From the NCBI GenBank assembly GCA_000934665.2, contig KZ538105.1:62001-125990 (forward strand): a DNA stretch of 63,990 nucleotides. Reading direction: 5' to 3'. Made by a program: the position numbers and the translations under genes. The notes beneath the pieces were generated by a model that was not told where the DNA came from, did not search any database, and saw nothing but the letters and a program-made list of their open reading frames with translations. Below, one piece after another: positions 51,136 to 63,846 of this stretch. Positions within the stretch are counted from its first letter, which is position 1. Each line of letters begins with the position of its first letter. This DNA is from Catajapyx aquilonaris (lineage: Eukaryota).

Positions 51136-53337
51136 AAATTATTGCATTCGAATTATTTCCGTTATTTCAAATATGTTTCTTGTTGAAATTATTATTTAAT
51201 TTAAATTAAATTGTTCATTTTCGCACCGATATTACAATAATAATTAATTAGACTGCTGCAATATAATGAATTTTTAAGTGTATTATTGCATTAAAATGTT
51301 AAAATTAGTTATTCAATTAATTTTAGAGTTTCTCCAGAGTTATTTCGCAGGGTAGCCATCTTTGATGTAGAACTGGACCTGAACATTTCCCAGAATTTCC
51401 TCAAAATTTAAAATGACCCTCACATTTTGAACCAGCCAGACACCAGGCCATGACATATTGAATATCCGCAAAACTTAGCCCCACCTCTTTTCTTTAATTA
51501 AAACAACCTTGTTATTCGCACGACAAAAGGGGGGGGGGGGCTTTCCTCGTCCCCACAAAAAAAAACCGCTCAACTTTTCCGCTCAGCCCTTTTGCGTTGG
51601 AATCATTAAAACTTTGTGTATTACATACCGGTTCTATATCCTAGACCTTCCCTGCTCTCCGCCGGACCATAAATATAACCTCTGAATAAACCTGTTTGGG
51701 AATACTAATTGTGCTGAGGAAGAGGCCCCCCTGCATTGCACCAGTGTTAATGGACATTGTGCCTTACCTTATAGCGCAATGCGGGTAATATCAGAAAACC
51801 TCAGATATCGGCTTTATAACCAACCTACCTTACACGGCATAATTCACCCAGCCACTGACAGACATGATTTGTATATTTGCTCTCATTACCTTTACACGTG
51901 GCACGAACAATTTTTTGTTACCTTTAAGAAACCCTGACATCATCATCTGTCGTCCTGGCAACAATCGGGAGGGGGGCTCAAGATTAAAAAAAAAAAGAGA
52001 GAAATCTGGACAATAATAATATCCGCTTTCATGCAAGGAGGTTTGAAAGCCTTTGGTTTGTGTGGGTGCCGCCGCTTTATAACTATAGCCCTGTGCCTAA
52101 TAACGGAGGAGGGGTATTGCTGGGGACTTATTAACATGTAAGTGGAGGAAGGTGGGGCCGCTGGGGCCTTCTGGGAAATCGCAGTTCCGATGGCCGGTGC
52201 GTGGCCGTGGTCATCTGCTGCCGGGGACTGCCCATCTGGATCAAAAGAAAATGGGACCCGACCGGAAAGGGCATGAGCTCAATTGCAGGCTGCTGCCTGT
52301 AATTATTTTTTGCGAATTTACCGGCCACAGAGACACCTGAGCTATATGGACACCGCGTCTGGACTAGGTGTGACATCAATGGAATTTTTAAAATTTGCTA
52401 TTTATTACTACTAATAATTATTACTGCTAAAACTTTCAGGAATATCGATGTATCGGCATATCAATAGGCCTATTCGACAAGCGTCGAAGGCGCGTGAAGT
52501 GGGCGAAGCCCACCGGCGAGCACAGCGATAATGCTGAGAGTTGGCTGTTCAGTCCTGGTCAGCTTGTTATGGCAATGTCCCCTACAATTATTGTCGTCAA
52601 TTGGTGAGTGTTTGTGAGAACCAAGTGTGAGTGTGCATGCGCTTCCATCCACTTCTTCGATCCCCCTACCCCTTGATCAGCATGGAATATTCGCATAAAT
52701 CTCTTGGTTCTCTGTCAGTTTTCTGGCTTGCATGAGAAGCTCTATCAATTATGGCCAAGGCCCTACCTTTTAATGATGAAATATAGCCGGAGTAATGAGA
52801 AATGTTACCAGTTCAGTGACAACCAATTCAATCCTCGAGAGGAACACCTGATATGGATCAAACTCGGCAGGGCCCAATGTTATTAATGGAGAATTCCCCC
52901 TCACAAACTATACTAACTCTTGGATGTTTTTATTCGCTACCCAGCTGGATTGAAACACACAGTAAGACTGTTACTTGGTAACCAGGGGCTTTACTTAGGG
53001 GGTGAAGTCCACTGGAACAAATGGTCATCATCATGTTGGACTTCCCCGAATCCACATTTGAAGACCGCTGGAATTTCCAGTGATTCAGCAATTCACCGAA
53101 TCGACTCTATGTACTATATCTATTTAATTTGTTCGATATATGCTACTATAAGAAATAAAACGATGAAAAGCCTGAATATTACCTCAATTTCACTAACTGT
53201 TTTTTATTTTTATTTTTATTTTTATTTTTTTACCGTTACCCCGTGATAAGGCTGAGCCTTTTTAGGGGGGTGGAATACCACCATTTCACGCCATTTTTCC
53301 TATTATCTTCATTCACCGATGCAAGGAGTCAAGGATG

Positions 53338-53389
53338 TACACTCTTAACCATTTACCCTCTCTAGAGAAGGTAAATGGTTAAGAGTGTA
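53338..53389. repeat. 52-bp spacer-less palindrome (1 mismatch)
   Basis: TACACTCTTAACCATTTACCCTCTCT|AGAGAAGGTAAATGGTTAAGAGTGTA. Confidence 0.95.
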
Positions 53390-54760
53390 GGGTAGGGATA
53401 GGGATTTATATTAATTTATCTTGTGTATTTTTAGCGTTTATCAGCAAATATTTTTCACTTTATATGTATGTGCTAATATGGATTTATTTACTAATTTTCT
53501 GTTTGTTTGACAGCATCAAAACTCATCTAATAACATCTGTAATGAATGTGAAGAACAAAATGGATGAAAGAAAATTAATGAAATAACCACCATCTGTGTC
53601 ATTAGAGATAGAATGACTCGTGCAGCTTCATTATTACTCAGTGTCATTTCCATTGGAGATCAGATTCCTTTCCCCCTCCTGTATATAGACCAGTTCCAGC
53701 CAGTGTACAGCCTGACTGGCAACATAACTATTGCGGATCGATCCCCAAGATTCATTTTCTCCGACAGTTCAAGTGCAATTCCTTCCAGAAGGGGGGAAAA
53801 GAGATGAGAAGATGGGTGAAAGAGGGGAGGGGAAGAGAAGGCAAAAATTTCACAGACGATGGCGAATCGTCGTCGTCATTATGCATCGATGAGCCAACTC
53901 TCCTTCATTTTTTTTTCTTTCTTCCTATTTTCAACATCTCAATCGAAAAGCCTTCAAGGAGGATGGCTATAGGGATCCTGCTATTTTTAAGATACTTTCC
54001 GTGTTGAAAGCATCGGAGCATTCCACAATGTGGGAGAGAAAATGATCATTTTGGGGTCTAGTTAGGGGGGAGACTTCTAAATATTCAATAGCAAAGAAAG
54101 CCACTTGAACTATGATATATATCAAGCTAATGGTAGAATGGCTGTTCCATTCTTTGAAATATGTTTCTACACTACCTGTAGACTCCTATCAGAAATCTCA
54201 CCTAAGTCACAAAAATTCGATTTGGACCATATTAAGTCTGACTTAAATCCACATTTAGTGTCATTAAATCCGGCTCACAGATCCCTGCCAACTGATAAAT
54301 CTTACACAAATCCTCATACTTTCCACTCTTGCCAATCGGATATGTCCTCCTATTATAAATCCTAAAGGATCCACCTTTTGCTCAACAAAGAAACCTCTTC
54401 TTCAGCAACATTCCCTTAGGATAGTACCGTAGCTGACTTGCCAAAAACAAACTGTCGATCCCAAGATTCCATCCCTTTTGTTTCACAACTCCATGTGCCT
54501 TGGCAGCCTGTCCGTACCTCAATCCCCGTTCCTCCGGTAAACAAAAGGAACCGTGTCAGCAGCCTCCAGCAGAGGTCACTCTCAGGTGCAGAAGAGATAA
54601 GCCGCCAATTGCCGATTATGTGGGGCCTACAAAAGATGTCAATCCTCTTTTGTCCACTAAAGAAAAAAAAAGGTTGCCGGCCTCTAGAAAAATACTTCTT
54701 GCTTCCTCATCCTTTTCCTCGACATATTGCGTGGTGTCATTGTCAAGAAACCGACAAAAA

Positions 54761-54804
54761 ATGGCGGTAGCTGAAATGCATGTGGAGTCGTCGTATGGTG
54801 CAAG
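54761..54804 (+). CDS. Weak candidate first coding exon (MAVAEMHVESSYGAR...)
   Basis: AAAAATGGCG start context followed 44 nt later by a consensus donor AAG|GTGAGT. No downstream exon was identified. Confidence 0.2.
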
Positions 54805-55807
54805 GTGAGTTATTTCATTCTGATTACGTGAGTTGAAGGTACAGGGTAGATGTTTAAAAAAAAATGAATATCCCGTGGAGTGAAAACGGGCCAAGTTGAG
54901 TCGCCGAAGACAAGTGGAGGGAAAGGCCACCCGTTGGGCCCAACCCGTATTATCCTGTCCTCTCTAGACGTTAATTATTACGCCCCGACTCCATCCCTTG
55001 TCCCCTTTGCGTTGTTTATTTGCACACAAGTCGCTTTTCTCGCCTACTAATGAGGGATACTGCTTAGTGCGGACTAGAGATGGCAGCACGGGATCGACGC
55101 CATCTACCGAGCCGATCAGCAAACATATGCTCCTGAACGCCATTTAGGGAATTTTTTTGCTAATAATGTAAGATTCTGACATACCAGCCTTATAGAGGCT
55201 CTAGGGAGAGTCAATCTCTGTCTGCATAAAATTTTGGAGACACGTAAATAGTCTCCCTCGAGGCTCTCTAATCTAGCCACTTGGTGGCAGCACACCTCAT
55301 AGCAGAACTTCTGAACAAAAAATATGCTCGTGTCATCTTGAATCTAAAGCCCAAACACTGTGGGCGGCCCAGGTGACATCTCAGGGACCTCTCTGCTATT
55401 CTGACCACTCAAAGCGCCCACCTTAGAGATGATCGGTCGTGACTCTTGAGCACGTGTGATATGTCTTTGACCCGTCCTCTATTCAAACCTCGATGCACGA
55501 TCGGCCAATATGATCTGCAATATTTTCATTCAAAGTTAATCACTGTACGTTGACCCTCCCAGGTTAAATCCAAGTCCATAAGGACCAGCTGGTAATGACC
55601 ATCTTCCTAGTGGCATTCCGGCACGTCCCATTGAATCATATGTGGAGGCACGCCACTATGCACCAGCTAAATTATCATCACTTCCTGGCCTCTTCTCGAT
55701 ACCATTATGAGAGACACGCCTGGAAAGTTGCTAGGGGCGAAACTAATTAGCTGTCCATTCTGTTAGTAGCTATTGGATGCTTCTGGGCATTCATTGTTAT
55801 GGTACAG

Positions 55808-56423
55808 CAGTGTTAGACATTAATCGAGAATCGAGTCATACTGCTAGCGACATTTTTCGATGCGGAAGACGTACAAATTGAAGTGATAGAGTGTGAGCCG
55901 TGCGAGTAAGAATAGGTAGGCCTTGGATGACGTCACCGGCTGGGAGGCAATGAAGAAAAGGCTTGTCCCCAGCCAGTGACATCACCCAAGGGCTACCATT
56001 TCTTACTCGCACGGCTCGTACTCTATCACTTCAATTTGCACGTCTTCCGCTTCGGAAAATGTCGCTATTATGCGATTCACGAGTCCTGGCCTGTTAGGCT
56101 CCACCCACCTCTTCCCAACGTCAGCGGCGGAAGAAATCAGGCCTGGCATGCTCGTGATTCTCGCGAGTAGGAGCCATTGGTGCGGGGTTCGGTCTCAACA
56201 AGGGATAGGTGGTTCGTCGTATTTCCAGGCCTGGTTGCCCCCCCCCCCCCCCCAAACNATCCACTGCTGCCAAGTGCTCTCTCCCATCCTCCTGGCAGGC
56301 GTGTGAGGCCATGGCGGATGCGGCAACCTCGCCTTCAGAGGGCGGAGGACGGGGGAGTAGCCTAACAGGCCAGGACTCGTGAATCGCATAATAGCAGTAC
56401 AACGCGATTAATGTCCAACACTG
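55808..56423. mobile_element. Foldback MITE (CAGTGTTRGACATTAATCG ends) carrying a nested element
   Basis: Long arms (~55838-55943 versus ~55967-56067) and the right terminus CGATTAATGTCCAACACTG. A left-end fragment of the same family lies at 63796-63846. Confidence 0.85.
56068..56391. mobile_element. Nested MITE with perfect 33-bp TIRs and a TA TSD
   Basis: TTATGCGATTCACGAGTCCTGGCCTGTTAGGCT and its reverse complement. TA at 56066-56067 and 56392-56393. Removing it restores ATGTCGCTAGCAGTA, the reverse complement of the host's left arm. Confidence 0.9.
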
Positions 56424-59385
56424 TGTCGCATACACATAAAATTTTAAATCGCAATATGCATTATATTCTCACAGATTATTCAGGAGATTCTGAGATTGTT
56501 TTTAATCCTTCACATCAACGTGTCGGCTCATCTCAAGAAGACGATGGATCAGTCTGATCCTCCAGCACGTGTCTTATTCTGATGTTCCAAGTAAAGGGGG
56601 ATGAAAATCGTTCCTTTTGGTTATAACGCCCTAGATGTGTTAATCCCAGGGGTCTTTTAATTGCTAGCTTTATGTTTAAATTTTCCGTTTGATCCACTCT
56701 TTTCCCTTCCCCAGGACTAATGTGTTTGCCTTTGTTGAGTGGGAAGGTTTTCTACGGAGCTGGAGCGTCTTAATGGCCAAGTTTTATTATTATCATCCAG
56801 GGCCTGGCTTTTAAAACACTCAGCAGCTCCGGTTATTACGGCTCCCAAGAAAAGGTTACGAGCATTGTTGGAAGTGGCAGCCATCAATTCATTTCAGTCA
56901 CTTTTTGTACATTTCTGCTGTGTATACGGGTAGCTGCACTTCAAAATAATCTGTTTGTTTGATGAACGTGGAGGTAGATGGCGGCACTTGGGCTAATTGG
57001 CCCGCCGGTGCCATCTAACGTCATTTTGCACTTGGCGTAACTTAGCGCACCCTGAACATGGAAAGACTTTTTAAAAAAAAAAAGAACTCAAAGCCAAAAT
57101 AAAGTGAAACGTGTCCAGTTATGTCCCGAATACTGTGAATGAAATATGCAAATGTCAAAATTAATATGCAGAGTGCGAATTTGCAGGCGACTGCTTCACC
57201 TGGAACAAACCTGCGACATCTTTGTGCACTAAGAATGCGTAACTTCCCAGACTCATTCGCTAAGCAAAATGCCTTAATTAGACTAAATGCGCAATTAGTA
57301 CAGTCCACGATTCTTCACTCGGGGTGGAGTCTTTACATTCCATTAGAGCTGCAAACGTATCCTGCATGATAATCATTTTCTCCCTATCTGATTGTATATC
57401 TATGAAGCGTCGGACACACATGCCAAATTAAAAGAAATAATTTTAGTAATCAATAAAGATTAAAAATTAAAGGAAATGATCACACTATACGAACAGACGA
57501 ATTAAACAGTAAAATTGCTAATAACAACATATAGGCCTACAATAAGACCAATAATTTGCATTAAAATTAAATAATCACTGTAATATTCAATTTAAAATAT
57601 GTATTCAAACATTTATACTGCAGTTAAACATGTCTATGTTGGACACTGATGCTTCCAATGAAATTGTCCAACTTGACAGGTTTTACTGTTAATTAATCAA
57701 AAATTTAAATACTAACATACAAAATCATATGAAATGAATTAAATAAACACTGACAGACATAAAGCAATGGCGTACAGACTATTTATGAATATCAAGAATT
57801 TTATGAGAACTGTTCCCCATTTTTTTTAAAAGGCGCCATTGTCAAACAGTCTTGCGTTTTTATGGAGTTGTTCTAAGTAATTATAACGTGCAAACGCCTT
57901 ATTTGGTCTTGTATAAAGCCCACTAACGTATTATTCTTGTGCAAGGGGGGAGCAATTATAAATCCTACAAACGTATTAATTTGCAGGAGCCCCAACAATA
58001 ACAGAGGCAGATAAACTCGCTCCTTATCGACCAATCGGTACTTCCCATGAGCAGAATTTCAGTCCCGAAAACTCCCCACCTCCCCTCTCCACATCCATGG
58101 AAAAAAACGAAGCGGCAAAAAGTTAATTAAAACCAGTTTTTGCTGGCAGTCATTAGTTTCACCCGCCTGAACAAAGCAACACGAAAAGAAAATCAAAGCG
58201 GCAACCATTTACTGTTTACTCGCCCACAACTTCAACTGTCATTCTTGTAGCATATACCAGATCAATTCCAAAACTACAGTACATATTTTTTTTGAGGAAA
58301 ATTTAGCCCAAATAATTATGTTTATATAGGATATTGTACAGTCAAATCAAAATTATATGAACATTTTTTTTGCAATATTATTTTTAAAAAGATTGGTGAT
58401 AGTTGGTACCAGTTATGAGGTGCAAAAACCCAATGGCCTGAAGAACTGATCTCAAGCCTCATGCCACCCAACCAGAGTTGTTTCCCCACCGCTCCCTCAG
58501 AACTCCTTGCAGCATCTAATTTCTTCCCATTAATCATCTCGTCCCTCCACAACTATGATGGCTTTACGGGGTGACCTAGGCAACTCCACCACACCGTTGG
58601 TAATACTCCAATATATTTTCCACCGGACAGGCCAGTACTGGTCATGTTCCATAAATCAGAGAGGAAAGGTGGGGAGGGGGGAAAAAACTGAGCTATTCCT
58701 AGTTATTACAATGCAAGCACCCCTAATATTTTGACATAATGTCAAAAATGACGGATGTCAGGTTAGAGGGGGGAAAATGCTGTGGGGTGCAAAAATCAGA
58801 GTGATTTTTATTAATTTTATGCAGCAATTAAAGGTAACATCATTAGTCATTTTTTTGCATCAATTATTGGTAGGTGTGAAATATACCAACAGTTTCCGCG
58901 GCCAGTTCTGCTCCCATGGCAGCAGCAAGGAAGTAAATAACTCCGGCGTACTAATCTGATTAATTATACGCTGTTTTCTGCGGTGCTGCAGGCCTCTAAT
59001 TCTGCAAGTTGCCCGGAAAAGAGATACAGTACGGTGGAATAGAAAAGCATAATTCTATTTTCGGTCAGTGAACTCTCCAGGTATAAAATGTACACAACTT
59101 CATAAAGATCAATCCATCATATACCGTTGGTCTAAAGGTGAAAATAACATGACAATGAATTTTTAATTACGTCCAACCTATTCTCTATAGTTTGGCCCTA
59201 CAGGTTCGATCTATCCGGATGCTTTCGCATCAACGAACCTTGGCCGGATAATTTATGAGCGCATGCTAATCCTTAGGTGGCTTAGCCTATTATGTTTTAT
59301 AATTTCTTCGCACCGTTGGAAACAGGTAGGGGTGATTTTTTGTGCGTGAAATAGGCTTGTCCTAGACTCGATCCAGTTGGGTCAA

Positions 59386-59448
59386 AAGCTTGGTCTGATT
59401 TTTTACATGAAGTTCTATAGAACTTCATGTAAAAATCAGACCAAGCTT
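59386..59448. repeat. 63-bp spacer-less palindrome (single-base bulge)
   Basis: AAGCTTGGTCTGATTTTTTACATGAAGTTCTA|TAGAACTTCATGTAAAAATCAGACCAAGCTT. Confidence 0.95.
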
Positions 59449-59642
59449 CATTTTTACCTTATAATACTATAAGGTAATATTATAAGCTTCATTTTTACCT
59501 TATAATACTGTAAGGTAATACTATAAGCTTCATTTTTACCTTATAATACTATAAGGTAATACTATAAGCTTCATTTTTACCTTATAATACGATAAGGTAA
59601 TACTATAAGCTTCATTTTTACCTTGTAATACTATAAGGTAAA
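59443..59642. repeat. 41-bp minisatellite, 5 copies, each unit with an internal hairpin
   Basis: AAGCTTCATTTTTACCTTATAATACTATAAGGTAATACTAT, with arms TTACCTTATA/TATAAGGTAA. Confidence 0.95.
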
Positions 59643-62600
59643 CATTATAGAATTTCTCTTATAATAGAAATCATACGAAATCATACTCGTACAACAGTTG
59701 TATGATTTCTATTGAAGGAAATTCAATAATTTTTTAACAAATATCAAATTTAGTATAAAATTCAACCAATTTTACATGAAAATCTACATTTTCTTCTGTC
59801 TTTACACGACGTTTATTGTCACACCACAGCCTATCATCCTGCACCAAATGGTCATGTTCCAGTCAACCTGATCCAGTTAAGCCGTAATCCGTTAGATGTC
59901 CCAGCAATAGCTTTGATACCACAATAAACGTCAACACTAGTCTATTACTCTTTAGAAAGCCTCCCAAAAAGTTGGGGACGGCCAGATCAGTCTGAGGAAA
60001 GTCAAGGCCAAAAGCCAGTCCCGAGCCTGGAATGTGGCTCAGGGTTCGGGTTTTTGGGACCAGGGTTGGGGTGGGTGGGTTGAGGGCTACCTGAGGCCTC
60101 TGCCACGGAGTAAACCGGCGGCAGCACGGTCCAAAGGCTTGACTTTGGAACACCCACCCACCGCATTTTCCACGCCTCGACCGCCAATTTGAATAAATTA
60201 AGCCCACATCCATTCCCCAGATGGCTGGCCTGCATGACTGACTGCCCAGCCGCCATTCTCACCTGCCATATTCAACCATTTTTTGGGCATAGGGGGGGAC
60301 CTATATTCATGCATGGGATCAGGGATGGCCAGAGGACCATGCGAAATTGCAGGGTTGATGATGTGGCAACGTAGGGGTGACGCGCAAGTGTGTGATTGGG
60401 CGAAGACTGTCGGAGTGGGATGTGATTGGGCGTGTGGCTTGCGGAGTTGTCATTTTCGGTCAAAATAATGTTACATGCAATACAATCGTGAAATATTTTG
60501 TAGAAATGTGCTCTGCATTGATACACATCTTGTACTACCCTTCCCACCTGGTATCCCGCCTAAAATAGATGTCCCAGGAACGTCTCTATTGTGATTTGGG
60601 GTTGGCCCATGTTGGCCCACCGCCACTCATCCCCAACCTTGTTTTTCTTTTATCCAGTCCGCAAACGAAACCACGTCCTCGCCTGTTATTGTTCCACCGC
60701 TTCTGTTGGCACAACGTGAGCAAGGAGGAAAAATTCCGCTAAGAAAAATCCCCTTTCCTTCTTTCCCTTTTTAAAAAAATTCGTCCCACTCAGTAGTATT
60801 TACGAAGGACCCTGTGTGATATCGGTCCCTGACGTTTGTGGAAGGAATGGAATTTGTAGAGAGGGCTTTTTCTGGTCTTGGCGTCCTGCCTCGGGTCCCA
60901 TTTGCTTAGTTATTCGCCCGACCAAACTCGCTCATTAGCAAATTGGTGTCCCCTCCGCTTAGGACAAAGCTGAGCGTGCGTTCAAAAAGTGGAGCTGGGA
61001 AACTCCAGGTCCTTTGTCCCAGGGATTGTTCTGCACAATACACGGGACGCTTGTTCCACGTTAGGAACACTCTGCTTATGAACCGGGGGGACCAGACAAC
61101 TTGTCTATTGATATACTGGGCTGGCGGACAAAAGGACTACTTTGCTCTCCTTACAAGGGCTCAGAGGGTGCACTTGTCAGTATTAATATCTAGAAACAAA
61201 GTCTAGTTCTCGAGAAGGGACATTGTTGCGAAAAAAGAATGGTGATTAGCAAATGGAGGATTAATATAAAGGAAATTTTTTGAATTGTGATGGAGAATAA
61301 TGTAATGTTTGCCATGCAATGTTGTCTACCACTTTTCATAATTATTTTTTGCAATTTTGTACAAGCCCTGTACCTACTTTCCCCATCAGAATCATGCTGA
61401 AAAGTTCGTCTGATACGAGCTTAAAATTGGCATGTGGATAAAGTCACCAAAATCAGCCTCACATCATTTAGCAAATGACTAGTTAATGTCACCAAATTAG
61501 TCCACAGAAACGGGACTTCCACTCTCCAAAAAAATTTCAATCAGTGTCCTCTCCACCCCCCAAAAAAACCCCTACTGATTAGCAAATGGCTGATGAATGT
61601 CTCCCAAACGGTCCTCTCCCCAAAAAAATTATGACGTTCCAGTGAGGTTCCACATTTACTGCCATCGCCAATTATCCGGCCCTATACCCTCCAGCCCAGG
61701 GACTTTAACCGAAATCTCCATCCCTTTAGCTCCACTTTGGATTTTTAATGAGGCAGCATGTACCCAGATGAACTTGGGTAATTGATTCAATTTGAAGGTA
61801 GAGGGCGCGGAGGAAGGTGGAGGATGGGGAGAGAGAGGAAATTGCGCATTTTCATCTGGTTGTACCATCCCCAACCCCAAGATGGAACAGCGCGAAGGCA
61901 GCCATGGTGAAGCCATTCGTTTCCATATAGTCAACGACAAAAAAAATGAACCCCACGCTCAGTTAGTTCTGCTTGATGCTTGTCATTCAACAATTTTGGA
62001 CGTTTGGAATATTAGGGGCAAGCCGTCTGTTACCTATACGCGATTCTGTAGGTTACACCCAAAATTTTAAAGGTTTCAAGCGAAGCACCATTTTGATAGT
62101 GGTCACTTACAACAGGATAAGTAATGCCTAATCGAACAAAATTGGCAATTTCCCATTTCATTTTGGATGATAAAACCGGCCCTGAGTGTATGTAAACTGT
62201 GCCAATTTGTCAGGCTTTTCAATGGTGCTTAAGACCTTCCGAAGAAAAAGTGGTGGAGCGAAATATGACAGTGGCTCTAGTTGAAAGGGTTCATTACTTC
62301 CCTATCGCTTCCTTGCTAGTATGAATTAATCTTCCGTAATCGCACGCCAAACTGTTTAGAGCCCATTAGACGCGTCCTATATTTTCATAGGCAATGCTTT
62401 GGAGTAAAGAGGGTGGCACGAACCGAACATCAGGATACATCTTTGCCACAGCGACAGTTATGGCGAGGTTTCCTGGCCCTTATCACAACCAGCATCACCA
62501 TATTGCTACCTCCTAACTCAAAAGCTCTAGGCACAAGCTATAAGGTTGAAAAAATAACGTTCTAGGTGTGCATGAATAAGGTAAAAAAAATTATAACATC

Positions 62601-63795
62601 AGCTCTAGGATAGGGTGGGTTAATACGGTCATAAATTCAAACTGTTCACTATGCAGAAAAAAATCCTACTTGCTTCAGGCAGAGTGAATAATAAAGTGTA
62701 CTGAAATCTGCTCTAGTTGTGTTCTAGGCAGAGTGAATCAGGGTTTTAAATCCTGGGTTTGCCCTGGGCAATCTGAATAATAAAAATAAGGTTAGTTTGT
62801 GTTCTAGGCCGGGGAAAAAAAATTGATATTGAAATAATTTAATCCGTCGTCACAAAATGTATTGTCGTTCGATTTGTGCCTTAGGAATTCTGGTATGAAT
62901 TGTGCAGCAGGAATTCTACATAGTATATATAGTTCTAAAATATGTCGGTAAATTGTTAATAAAAGCAATTGATAAATGTAGGATGAATCACATGTAAAAA
63001 TATTAATTTTAAATTAATTTTTAAATTAATTTTTGAAATATTAATTTTAAAAAATCTCTTTGAACTGCCTTACAAGGTAGCGTGTGCAGCCTAAAAGTTC
63101 GCCCTAAATCTGTTACTAGTTCGCAATTTTAGAAACACCCTTGTCCCAAATTCCGCTAATTGCATGGTGTAGTTACTACTTACTTATCCCAGAGAGATTC
63201 ATAAAGACAAAGAAGTAAGGATTAGCCAGTGAGCTTCTTGTGCGACTGATTTTCTAATGGGAACTGAAATCCGGAATGAAAAGGCAAGAGAGGGCACAAT
63301 TGCCATTTTCGAGTTAGGCAAAAAGGGAGTAATTGCCAAGCCTTGAAGAAGTTAGACCCATCCCATTCGCCAAAAAAAGATGTCCGGAGGGCGAGGCTAA
63401 TTCTCTCTTTTTTTTTTACCCATGCTCAATTTTTAGGCACGTACATTTACCCGGAGTGCACCGAGATTGTCCGAAAGCTCTGGAATGGAAATTAATCTGG
63501 AAATTATATCGTCAAGTGGGGAATTACCTTCATGCCGCATTTGCATCGGCGGCGCATAATTTCCTTAATTTGATGTGCCCAAGCCAGAACCAGGCTCCCA
63601 CGCACATTTTCGCAAAATTTTGCACAGGCATTAGCATCTCGATCGGCCCTCAGGATTTATTCGGTCCTGTTCTAGGTGCTGATGGGGCGGAGGTTACAAA
63701 TGGCACGTTTGCTCTGGTATGTCAGGACTGATTGGCAGGTAACATGATTTTTTTTTTAAAGCTGAAAACAAACCGACCATTGGCCCATGAACGTA

Positions 63796-63846
63796 CAGTG
63801 TTGGACATTAATCGTGTGATACTGCTTGCGACATTTTCTGATGCGG
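63796..63846 (+). mobile_element. Left-end fragment of the 55808-56423 MITE family
   Basis: CAGTGTTGGACATTAATCG...ATACTGCT.GCGACATTTT..GATGCGG. Confidence 0.75.

Noticed and set aside
57330..57343. miR-1-like sequence TGGAATGTAAAGA on the minus strand
   Set aside because: Only the first 13 nt match and I see no precursor hairpin.
59502..59520. miR-8-like TAATACTGTAAGGTAA
   Set aside because: It is a single variant unit of the 41-bp minisatellite.
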